Shown here: positions 1 to 7,381 of the stretch, in pieces
Position numbering within the stretch: the first letter of the stretch is position 1
How the letters are laid out: every line of letters starts with the position of its first letter
Assembly: GCA_900770145.1 (NCBI GenBank)
Contig: CAAGJL010000030.1
Span: 1-48,818, forward strand
Direction: 5' to 3'
Origin: Clostridia bacterium
Lineage (GTDB): Bacteria > Bacillota > Clostridia > Oscillospirales > CAG-272
Length of the DNA: 48,818 nt
The notes under the pieces: generated by a model
The model's input: only the letters and a program-made list of their open reading frames with translations
The model's database searches: none
What the model was told of the DNA's origin: nothing
Translations under genes and position numbers: made by a program

Positions 1-240
1 CCCGCCGCAAGGCGGTTTTTGAAAAAATCCCCCTTAAAATCCCCTAAAAACTTTTGGGCAGCCGATGCCGGAATGTTCGGCGAACGCACCCAAAGTAACG
101 TATCAGTCGGTCAGCCCCCGCCGCAGGCGGTATCCGCAAGGTGCCCCCGCCGCAGGCGGCCGCAAGGCGGTCGCAAGGCGATGCCGGGACGCTTGAATAT
201 CGGTCTATTTCCCCGCCCCGGCACATAAGATATGCCGGGG
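1..240. repeat. cluster of short GC-rich hairpin repeats upstream of spoIIIAA
   Basis: CCCCCGCCGCAGGCGG occurs at 115-130 and again at 144-159. Related CCGCAAGGCGG-type units lie at 2-15, 160-170 and 171-181. Hairpin CCCCGGCA(9 nt)TGCCGGGG at 216-240. No credible ORF. Confidence 0.5.
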
Positions 241-247
241 GGATTTT

Positions 248-1168
248 ATGCAATCGGTGATTTTCAACCGGCGGCGCTTGTTTCCGGCGGCGCTGACGGC
301 GCTCTTGCCTCCCAGGATTGCGGCGGAGGCGGAAGCCGCCACCCCGGCAGGAGTTCTGCCGGAGGAACTGCGCCTTGGTCGCGGGCGGTGCGCGATGTTG
401 GTGGCGGGCGGCAAAAATCTGCGCCTTTCCCCCGCCACGGCGCTCTCCGCCGAAGAATGCGAAACGCTCCTGCTCCGCTTTTGCGACGGCGCGCTTTACG
501 CGCATGAGGAAACCCTGTGCGAGGGGTATCTCACGCTTGCCGGCGGCATCCGTATAGGGGTCGCCGGGTGCGCCGCCGTACAGGGGCACCGGGTGACCGG
601 CGTGCGCGATATTTCCTCTTTCGTGATCCGCATTCCGCACGAAACGCCCCCCGCAGGAGAGGAAATCTGCGAGTTGCTTCGCCTGCTTTCCGGGCGCGGG
701 GTGCTGATTTTTGCCCCTCCCGGGGTGGGAAAAACCACGCTGTTGCGCGCCGTGGCGGAGAAAATGGCGGGGGGCGTTCCCCCTTGCCGCGTGGTGCTGG
801 TGGACGCGCGCGAGGAACTTTCGGCGTTCCCTTTCGGCGCGGCGCGGTGCCCCGATATTCTGCGCGGCTACCCCAAAGGGGTCGGCATTTCCATCGCCGT
901 GCGCACGCTTTCGGCGGAGCTGATCGTATGCGACGAAATCGGCGGCTTTGAGGAGGCGGAGGAAATCGTGCGGGCACACATCTGCGGGGTGCCGCTGCTT
1001 GCCAGCGCCCATGCCGCCACCGCACCGGAACTGCTGGCGAGACCCGGCATGCGGCTTCTTCATGACGCGCGTTGTTTCGGCGCATATGTGGGGATTTCCC
1101 GCCGGGCGGGGGCGGTGGACTTTGATTATGACGTTCTTTCCTGGGAGGCGGCGGATGCACTTTTATAA
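248..1168 (+). CDS. spoIIIAA: stage III sporulation protein AA (ATPase)
   Basis: 306-aa ORF with Walker A PGVGKTTLLR and Walker B-like ELIVCDEIG. First gene of a colinear spoIIIAA-AG set. Its stop overlaps the next gene start. Confidence 0.9.
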   Translation: MQSVIFNRRRLFPAALTALLPPRIAAEAEAATPAGVLPEELRLGRGRCAMLVAGGKNLRLSPATALSAEECETLLLRFCDGALYAHEETLCEGYLTLAGGIRIGVAGCAAVQGHRVTGVRDISSFVIRIPHETPPAGEEICELLRLLSGRGVLIFAPPGVGKTTLLRAVAEKMAGGVPPCRVVLVDAREELSAFPFGAARCPDILRGYPKGVGISIAVRTLSAELIVCDEIGGFEEAEEIVRAHICGVPLLASAHAATAPELLARPGMRLLHDARCFGAYVGISRRAGAVDFDYDVLSWEAADALL

Positions 1169-1637
1169 ACTGTTCGGTTTGATTTTGCTGTTTGCCTGCG
1201 GCGTGGTTGCCGGGCTGTCGTTTCGCGCTTTCTTCCGGCGGCGGTGCCGACAGGCGGAAGCGTTTCTCTCCCTCTTGCGTTATTACCGGTTTCAGATTGA
1301 CTGTTTCTCCGCGCCCGAACGGGCAATTCTCGCCTCGTGTGACCGCGCCCTGCTGGCGGACTGCGGCGCCGAGGGCGCCGCACGCCCGGCTGACCTTGCG
1401 ACGCTGTTGAAAAGCGCGCGGCTGTACCTGCCGGAGGAGATGAGCGCGCTGTTGGTTTCGCTCTCCGGGGAGCTGGGCGGCACCTACCGCGCGGAGCAGG
1501 TGCGGTGTATCGATCACTATATCGCGCGGTTTACCCCGCTGTGCGAGGCGCTGAACAGGGAACTGCCCAAGTGGGAAAAACTGGCGCTGGCGCTTCCCCT
1601 GTCGCTCTCGGCGGCGGTGATGCTGTTGTTGTGGTAG
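1155..1637 (+). CDS. spoIIIAB: stage III sporulation protein AB
   Basis: ATG at 1155 (MHFYKLFGLILLFACGVVAG...) overlaps the spoIIIAA stop. N-terminal TM helix, soluble domain and C-terminal TM helix. Assigned mainly by position after AA. The 948 start in the ORF track lies inside spoIIIAA. Confidence 0.8.
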   Translation: MHFYKLFGLILLFACGVVAGLSFRAFFRRRCRQAEAFLSLLRYYRFQIDCFSAPERAILASCDRALLADCGAEGAARPADLATLLKSARLYLPEEMSALLVSLSGELGGTYRAEQVRCIDHYIARFTPLCEALNRELPKWEKLALALPLSLSAAVMLLLW

Positions 1638-1744
1638 GGGCGGGGCGGAACGGGTCCCCCGCCGCGGCTCGCGGCGGCGGACGGTGGGATAAGATTCCGA
1701 CAAACGGCGAGTGCCTGCCCCGTGCCCTGCGGGAACGGCAAAAT

Positions 1745-2110
1745 ATTTTTCGCAATGTTCGCACAACCTCCGCAGGGCGTCGGTTGTCTGCGGTAAGAGG
1801 TCACCCGCGAGTTCGCACAAACAAGAAAAGACACCCCCCCGGTAAAGGGAGCCGGCGCCACCCCCTGTTGACGCATAGCGTCAACGTCGGATAGGGGGCA
1901 ACCGGGAATTGGGATTAGACTTCTTATCGCGGGGGGTATATGGAATGCCCCCCTACGGTGAAGTAAGGTGTTTCTCACATTGTTCGCACAATCTCAAAGG
2001 CTCCCTTGTGTAAAGGGAGCTGGCGCCAAAGGCGCCTGAGGGATTGTAAAAGTTTGGCGTTTACAGAAAAGAATAAAGATAGTTTGTGTCAGGTACAACC
2101 CCTCAGCCTC
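1745..2110. repeat. interspersed REP-like repeat block (GTTCGCACAA / GGCTCCCTTGTGYAAAGGGAGCTGGCGC...GCGCCTGAGGGATTGT family) inside the spoIIIA operon
   Basis: GTTCGCACAA at 1757-1766, 1811-1820 and 1982-1991. The unit 1936-2100 aligns closely with units at 48455-48560 and 48640-48818, including the tail AGATAGTTTGTGTCAGGYACAACCCCTC. ORF 2006-2239 is repeat-derived. Confidence 0.8.
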
Positions 2111-2223
2111 GTTTCACTCGGCACCTCCCCTTACACAGGGCAGGCTCAGAAGTGCGCCGCCGGTTGTGCTCTGATTTTATTCAAAATTCCGGTAAAGTTC
2201 AACTCAGACGGGAGGTTGCAAAA

Positions 2224-2418
2224 ATGGATGTCAGCCTGATATTACGGGTGGCGGGAATCGGTATTTTAGTGGCGGTTGCCGCGCAGATTCTGCAAAAAAG
2301 CGGAAGGGACGAGCAGGCAACGCTGGTGGTGGTTTCCGGCATTGTCGTGGTGTTTCTGCTTCTGGTGCGGGAGATCGGCACCCTGTTTGATACGGTGCGC
2401 AGCACCTTCGGATTCTGA
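2224..2418 (+). CDS. spoIIIAC: stage III sporulation protein AC
   Basis: 64 aa from ATG 2224 with GGGAGG upstream. Two hydrophobic helices (MDVSLILRVAGIGILVAVAAQILQKSGRDEQATLVVVSGIVVVFLLL). Operon position. Confidence 0.85.
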   Translation: MDVSLILRVAGIGILVAVAAQILQKSGRDEQATLVVVSGIVVVFLLLVREIGTLFDTVRSTFGF

Positions 2419-2804
2419 TGAGCATTTTTGCGGTGTGCGGCTGTGCGCTCCTTGCCGCGGTGCTGATTCTGCTGTTGCGCGAATGGCGCTCCTCCCTGGC
2501 GCTGCCTTTGCGCATTGCCGGGGCGCTGGTGCTGTTTTTGGCGGCATTTTCGCTGTTTACCCCCATCACGGTGCGCATTTCGGAGCTTTTTTCGGTCGCC
2601 GGCGGGGGCGACATCGCCCCGATTCTTTTTCGGGCGCTGGGCATTGCGCTGATTGCGGAATTTACCGCCTCGCTCTGCCGTGACCTTGGCGAGAGTACGC
2701 TTTCCGCCGGGGTGGCGCTGTTCGGCAAGTTGGAAATTCTCTTGCTGGCGCTCCCGTTTGTGGACGACCTCCTCTCGCTGGCAAAGGAGTTGCTGGAATG
2801 GTAA
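2418..2804 (+). CDS. spoIIIAD: stage III sporulation protein AD
   Basis: 128-aa multi-pass membrane protein. Its ATG overlaps the AC stop (TGATG). The ALGIALIAEFTASLCRDLGES pattern is typical of SpoIIIAD. Confidence 0.85.
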   Translation: MSIFAVCGCALLAAVLILLLREWRSSLALPLRIAGALVLFLAAFSLFTPITVRISELFSVAGGGDIAPILFRALGIALIAEFTASLCRDLGESTLSAGVALFGKLEILLLALPFVDDLLSLAKELLEW

Positions 2805-3970
2805 AAAAACGCCTGTTTTGCATCACGTGTGCCGTCTTTTTGCTCTTTTGGCTGTCCGTGCCCGCCGCCGCAGAGGCAACGGCGGCGGGCACGGACGGCG
2901 CCGCGGGGAGCGTGGAGGAGAGCGGCTTCGGTGCATTCCGCGATTTTCGGTCGGCGCTCCCGCCGGAGGTGGCGGCGCTGTTGCCGGACGGCTTTTTTGA
3001 CGACGACCCGGAGGCGGTGGCTTCCGCCGTGCAGAAAGCTGCCGACGTGCCGGAAATCCTCGCGTTTATCCGCGATTTTCTCGGCGTTTCCTTTCGGCAG
3101 CTGCTCCCCCTGCTGGCAGCGATTGCGGGGATTCTGGTGATTTCCGCCGTGTTGCGCACGGTGGGGGAGCATTGCGGCGGCGGGAGCGGACGTGCCTTCT
3201 CCTTTTGTTCGGTCACGGCGCTGGCGCTGCTGCTGTTGCGGCAGTCGCTTTCCGGCGTTTCGCGTCTGCGCACCTGGTTTGACACGCTGAGCACGCTGGC
3301 AGGCTCGATGTTGCCGATGATGGGCACGCTTTACGCGCTGGGCGGCAACGTGCGCGCCGCGGCGGCAAATCACGCGGTGTTTTCGATCTTTTTATCGGTT
3401 GCCCAGGTGCTGTGCACCCGCGCGGTACTGCCCGTGGCGGGTATTTGCCTGCTGCTTGCCGTCTGCGACGCGCTGACCGGGCGCGCGGCGCTCAAACCCC
3501 TCGGCAATCTGATCAAGCGCACGTTTACCTTAGGGCTTTCGTTTTTTATGCTGTTACTTTCCTTCCTCCTGGGGTTACAGACCACGCTGGCGGCAGGCAG
3601 CGACACGCTGGCACTGCGCACCGTGCGCTTTGCCGCGGGCAGTTTTCTCCCGGTGGTGGGCGGCTCGGTCTCCGAGGCGATGAAAACCGTGGCGGGCAGT
3701 ATCGCTTATCTGCGCACGCTTGCCGGCACCGGCGGGATTTTGGTACTTTTCCTCTTCTTTTTGCCTACCTTTCTGACGGTTCTGACCACGAGAATTGTAT
3801 TTATGCTTTGCGGCGCGCTGGCGGAACTGTTGGAGGCGAAAAGCGAGGGGCGGGTGCTTTCGGAACTGGCGTCGGTTTACGGGTTCTTTCTCGCCGTGAT
3901 TGCGGCGGTGTTTACCATGGCGGTGTTCGCACTGACCGTTTTTGCGCACTGCGCCGTGGCGGGAGGCTGA
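2798..3970 (+). CDS. spoIIIAE: stage III sporulation protein AE
   Basis: 390 aa with a signal-like N-terminus and then a polytopic membrane region. Start overlaps the AD stop. Operon position. Confidence 0.85.
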   Translation: MVKKRLFCITCAVFLLFWLSVPAAAEATAAGTDGAAGSVEESGFGAFRDFRSALPPEVAALLPDGFFDDDPEAVASAVQKAADVPEILAFIRDFLGVSFRQLLPLLAAIAGILVISAVLRTVGEHCGGGSGRAFSFCSVTALALLLLRQSLSGVSRLRTWFDTLSTLAGSMLPMMGTLYALGGNVRAAAANHAVFSIFLSVAQVLCTRAVLPVAGICLLLAVCDALTGRAALKPLGNLIKRTFTLGLSFFMLLLSFLLGLQTTLAAGSDTLALRTVRFAAGSFLPVVGGSVSEAMKTVAGSIAYLRTLAGTGGILVLFLFFLPTFLTVLTTRIVFMLCGALAELLEAKSEGRVLSELASVYGFFLAVIAAVFTMAVFALTVFAHCAVAGG

Positions 3971-3971
3971 A

Positions 3972-4424
3972 ATGAACGTGATTTTTCCTCTTTTTTGCGT
4001 GGTGCTGGCGGCGGCAATGGCGGAATTGCTGATCCCGGAGGAGGGGGGCGCGGGCACCAAAAAGGTGTTGCGGGTGCTGACCTCGCTTGCCGTGCTGTTG
4101 CTGATTCTGTCTCCGCTGACCTCTTTTTTGAAAAAAAACGCGGAAATCCCCTTGCCCGCCGCCGGGGAAACGCCGGATTTCGAGGCGGTGTTTGCCGGGG
4201 CAGCGGACGCGGCGGGCAAAGCGGAGTTTGAATCGCGCCTTCGCGCGGCGCTGGCGGCAGAATTCGGGGCGGAAGAAAGCAATTTTACCCTGACGGTACG
4301 ATACGAAAACGGAGAGCCGACGGAAATTGCGGTGGCGCTTTCCGGCAAGGCACTGACGGTTGACCCGCGGGAGGTCGAAACCTATCTGACAGGGCTTTTG
4401 CAACTGCCGGTGCAGGTGAGATAA
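3972..4424 (+). CDS. spoIIIAF: stage III sporulation protein AF
   Basis: ATG at 3972, one nt after the AE stop. Two N-terminal TM helices (MNVIFPLFCVVLAAAMAELL..., VLTSLAVLLLILSPL) plus a soluble C-terminal domain. Operon position. Confidence 0.75.
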   Translation: MNVIFPLFCVVLAAAMAELLIPEEGGAGTKKVLRVLTSLAVLLLILSPLTSFLKKNAEIPLPAAGETPDFEAVFAGAADAAGKAEFESRLRAALAAEFGAEESNFTLTVRYENGEPTEIAVALSGKALTVDPREVETYLTGLLQLPVQVR

Positions 4425-4470
4425 TAAGATAAAATCCCCCCATACGGATAGAGAAAAAGGAGAAAACGGC

Positions 4471-4959
4471 ATGAAAAAAGAAAACATCCTGGGGTTTTTG
4501 AAAACCAAGGGGCGCTTAGCGGCGCTGGTCGCGCTGGGGGTGCTGGGGATCTTTCTGCTTCTGTTTGCAGGGGTCAGGGAGGGCGGCGGCGACAGCGCCG
4601 CCGTCAGCGAGGACAGCACTGCGGAGCGGGAGGCGCTTGCCGCCTACGAGGCGGAATTGGAAAAGGAGCTGGAACTGTTTTGCGAGTCGGCGGCGGGCGT
4701 GTCGGACGTGCACGTGATGGTCAGTTTTTCCGAGGGATTCTGCCGGCGGTACGTGCGGGATGAAAACGGAAAACCGATCACGGTCGGCAGCGGCTCCTCC
4801 GTGCGGGCGCTGGAAGAGGGCACCGTCCCCCCCGCCGTCAGCGGGGTGGGCATCGTGTGCCGCCGGGGGAACGACCCCGCAGTGCAAAAAACCCTGACCG
4901 AGCTGATTTCCACCGCCCTCGGCATCCCCTCCAACCGCGTTTTTGTGACGGGAAGATAA
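4471..4959 (+). CDS. spoIIIAG: stage III sporulation protein AG
   Basis: 162 aa with AAGGAGA RBS and an N-terminal TM helix. C-terminal pattern GVSDVHVMVSF ... PPAVSGVGIVCRRG ... IPSNRVFVTG matches my recollection of the SpoIIIAG ring-building domain. Confidence 0.8.
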   Translation: MKKENILGFLKTKGRLAALVALGVLGIFLLLFAGVREGGGDSAAVSEDSTAEREALAAYEAELEKELELFCESAAGVSDVHVMVSFSEGFCRRYVRDENGKPITVGSGSSVRALEEGTVPPAVSGVGIVCRRGNDPAVQKTLTELISTALGIPSNRVFVTGR

Positions 4960-5108
4960 TCGCAAACATCCCGCCGCCGCCTTGCGGCGGGGCTAACAGG
5001 CCGGCGCGTACCTCTGGGTGCACACGCCCGACATCCCGGCAACAGTCGCCGAAAAATTTTTGCGGGGCACCTTGCGGCGGCGTTTGATTCTTTTCTTTCT
5101 CCCCTTTG

Positions 5109-5117
5109 CATACAGTA
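5109..5117 (+). promoter_or_regulatory. possible mother-cell sigma (sigma-E/sigma-K type) -10 element upstream of the ATPase gene
   Basis: CATACAGTA matches both CATACAnT (sigma-E) and CATAnnnTA (sigma-K) -10 consensus as I remember them. It lies 27 nt before ATG 5144. No convincing -35 (TTGATTC at 5084-5090 at best). Confidence 0.3.
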
Positions 5118-5143
5118 AAAGGAAGAAAAAGGAGGTACATTCC

Positions 5144-6052
5144 ATGACAAACGAAATCCACCGCCGGCGGGCGGGGTTGTCGCCGCGGCAGGTACAGGAG
5201 GCGCGCCGCGCGCACGGCGAAAACCGGTTCAGCGAGGCAAAGCGGCAGGGGTTCTGGCGGCATTTTCTTGCCAATCTCGGCGACCCTGTCATCAAAGTGT
5301 TGCTGGCGGCGCTTGCCGTCAACCTCCTGCTGCTTTTTCGCGGCAGGGACTGGTTTGAAACCGTCGGCATTGCGGTCTCCGTGTTTCTTGCCACTTTTAT
5401 CTCCACCCTCTCGGAATACGGAAGCGAGGCGGCGTTCAACCGACTTTGCGAGAGCTGCGGCACGGCGTTTTGCCGGGTGCGGCGCGGAAACGTGACCGAA
5501 ATCCCGGTCGCCGAAGTGGTGGTGGGCGACGTGGTTCTGCTTTCCCCCGGTGAGAAAATCCCCGCGGACGGGGTGCTTTTTGAAGGGAAACTGACGGTAG
5601 ATCAATCGGCGCTCACGGGCGAGAGCCGCGAGGCGGAAAAGTCCCCCTCCCCCGTGCGCGGCGCCCTCTCGCCCGACTCCCCTGCCGGGTTGTTTGCCGG
5701 GTGCACCGTGCTTTCCGGCGAGGGGGAAATGGAGGTCGCCCGCGTGGGGGACGCCACCATGCTTGGCGGCATTTCGGGCGAACTGCAACAGGCGACCGGC
5801 GACAGCCCGCTCAAGCGGCGCCTCTCGAAACTGGCGAGGCAGATCAGCGTGGTGGGCTACCTCGCGGCGGGGCTGTGCGTGGCGGCATTCCTTTTTGACC
5901 GCCTGTTTATCGACTGCGGCTTTTCGGGCGCGGTGCTGCTCTCGCGCGTGCGCGATTTTCCTTTTCTCGCCTCGCTCCTCTTAAACGCCCTCACGCTGGG
6001 ACTGACCGTCGTGGTCATGGCTGTCCCCGAGGGCAATGTGCTGTTAGTATAA
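5144..6052 (+). pseudogene. P-type (IIA, Ca2+-type) cation ATPase, N-terminal fragment truncated by prophage insertion
   Basis: ATG 5144 with AAAAAGGAGG RBS. Cation-ATPase N-terminus (GLSPRQVQEARRAHGENRF) and TGES actuator motif. The host-derived frame ends ...VVVMAVPEG at 6030, then reads 5 phage-derived codons (NVLLV) to TAA 6050-6052. Confidence 0.9.
6016..6051. other. attL (host half-site CATGGCTGTCCCC, core GA at 6029-6030, phage half-site GGGCAATGTGCTGTTAGTATA)
   Basis: CCCCGAGGG is shared with attR. The phage arm ends in GTTAGTATA, the exact inverted copy of TATACTAAC at 44820-44828. Confidence 0.8.
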
Positions 6053-6094
6053 CAGGGGTAGCCGGTTGGCTACCCCTGTTATTGTTTTGTTTTC
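6051..6094. terminator. bidirectional intrinsic terminator at the left prophage end
   Basis: Perfect 13-bp stem AACAGGGGTAGCC (6051-6063) / GGCTACCCCTGTT (6068-6080) with loop GGTT, followed by ATTGTTTTGTTTTC on the + strand. It lies just after the stop of the truncated ATPase fragment and downstream of the - strand gene ending at 6110. Confidence 0.75.
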
Positions 6095-6109
6095 GCATTT
6101 GTTATGTTG

Positions 6110-6988
6110 TTATTGCGTTGCTGTGTTTTGCTGTTGCACCGTTTCTTCCGGGCTTTCTTTTGCGCACCACTCTTTGCACAGGCGGATCATGTAGATCTGG
6201 TTTTTCTTGAATCCGGCTTCCACTTCCGTGATATTGAGAAAACCGTTACTGCGACCGAAAATCAGAGCGAAGAGAATCGGCAGCATCCGAATCCCCCATT
6301 GAATCAGGGCAGTCCACGAGAAATTGAACACGAGGTCGATGCAAACGGTGCCGGAAAATATCGTCATAAGCGCGCGCCACAGCATACCGGACATTTTGTT
6401 CACCTTCTCAAGTTTATGCCCGGACATCCCCATCGGGCGCGACCTGCGGACGCTGTTCTCGTCACAGGAAATCAGGTCGGATTTCTTAATTGCCACCGGT
6501 TTTGCGCGGTTGCACTTGATGATTGCCAGCTTCACGCGGAAACGCATTTTCTGCCGCAGAATGGCATGCAACGGCATCGGAAGGTATTTCGCGGCGTACT
6601 CTTCGTAATTCAGGTCATACGGAAGCAGGATTCCTTTCCGGTATTCCACCAATTCGGACTTGATATAATCCTCCAGGAAATCCGGGAGTTTGCCGATGAG
6701 ATTGCCGTGCAGCAAAGAATCTCTTTCCGTCTGATACTCCTTCGCCGTTGCGAGATATTCTCCGTCCTGCTTTCCGTCCATCTTTCCCTTGTTATAGCAA
6801 TGATTGTAGGTCATTGTGGTGACAATATAGAGCAGTACGGACAGAGCGGTAATTCTATTGATTCCCTGAAAGGAAAACCCGAAATCCGTGAAGTTTACTG
6901 CCGTGGCGATGACAATCGTGACGAAAATCACGATGTCGCCCCATTTCACCCCCGCTTTTCCGGGTTCCTTTTCTCTCACGTCAAACAT
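6110..6988 (-). CDS. membrane protein, unknown function (last gene of the late region)
   Basis: 292 aa with AAGGAG RBS. Two N-terminal and two C-terminal hydrophobic helices flank a soluble region of about 140 aa. More AT-rich than the flanks. No motif recognised. Confidence 0.75.
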   Translation of the reverse strand: MFDVREKEPGKAGVKWGDIVIFVTIVIATAVNFTDFGFSFQGINRITALSVLLYIVTTMTYNHCYNKGKMDGKQDGEYLATAKEYQTERDSLLHGNLIGKLPDFLEDYIKSELVEYRKGILLPYDLNYEEYAAKYLPMPLHAILRQKMRFRVKLAIIKCNRAKPVAIKKSDLISCDENSVRRSRPMGMSGHKLEKVNKMSGMLWRALMTIFSGTVCIDLVFNFSWTALIQWGIRMLPILFALIFGRSNGFLNITEVEAGFKKNQIYMIRLCKEWCAKESPEETVQQQNTATQ

Positions 6989-7000
6989 TGTTTACTCCTT

Positions 7001-7378
7001 TCACACCGGGGTCTCCCGGTCTGCGTACCTGTTTCTCTGCATGCACACCAGAGCGCTGAGAGCCGACCCGACAAGACCCCCGATGCAGATGGCAAACATC
7101 TGACCGGAAATGTTCATCAAGACATAGGAAATCCCGGCGCCGATAGTCCAGAGCACCGGCATGGAGGCGTTCATCACAAACTCAAACATGCTTTTGAATT
7201 TTTTGAAAAACGGGATGGAAGCAATCAGGGCCACCACGACAAGACCGCCGGATACCACGGGCTTTGAGCCGGTTCTGACCCAGATGGGAAAGCAATAGCA
7301 CGCCACGGCAATCGGGGGGAGAGCCCCCACAATACGGGAAACAAGATCCCACAGGTCGTAAAGTTGCCGTTTTGTCAT
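7001..7378 (-). CDS. small polytopic membrane protein (holin-like by size and position only)
   Basis: 125 aa with AAGGAGA RBS and about four hydrophobic segments. Located after the fibre genes. Confidence 0.7.
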   Translation of the reverse strand: MTKRQLYDLWDLVSRIVGALPPIAVACYCFPIWVRTGSKPVVSGGLVVVALIASIPFFKKFKSMFEFVMNASMPVLWTIGAGISYVLMNISGQMFAICIGGLVGSALSALVCMQRNRYADRETPV

Positions 7379-7381
7379 CGC

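Noticed and set aside
216-240. Hairpin CCCCGGCA-CATAAGATA-TGCCGGGG before spoIIIAA, considered as a sigma-E/K promoter or as a terminator.
   Set aside because: The -10-like CATAAGATA sits in the hairpin loop, there is no convincing -35, and the stem overlaps the likely RBS of spoIIIAA. I cannot tell a promoter, a terminator of the upstream gene or another REP-type hairpin apart from sequence alone.
44-1820. Long - strand ORFs over the spoIIIA region (44-1063, 531-1820, 2231-3373, 3575-4348, 4838-5788) and over the ATPase and SPFH genes (44903-45910, 45981-47066, 47051-48226).
   Set aside because: They are antisense to well-supported + strand genes. Their Arg/Pro/Gly-rich composition and lack of RBS context mark them as high-GC artefacts.
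1745-2110. Possibility that the GTTCGCACAA / GGGAGCTGGCGC repeats (also at 48105-48818) form a CRISPR array.
   Set aside because: Copies are degenerate, of different lengths, irregularly spaced and mosaic. There are no uniform spacers and no cas genes. They fit a REP/MITE-like family better.
2006-2239. ORF MCKGSWRQRRLRDCKSLAFTEKNK..., and similar small ORFs at 48328-48804 and 48520-48732.
   Set aside because: They are read straight through the interspersed repeat units (the KGSWR..RLRDC peptide is the translated hairpin pair). They recur wherever the repeat occurs, so they are repeat-derived and not genes.
6016-6051. Expectation of a tRNA or tmRNA gene at the prophage attachment site.
   Set aside because: No cloverleaf-like sequence flanks either junction. 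The junctions fall inside a protein-coding frame that is perfectly restored by excision, which fits a serine integrase targeting a coding sequence.
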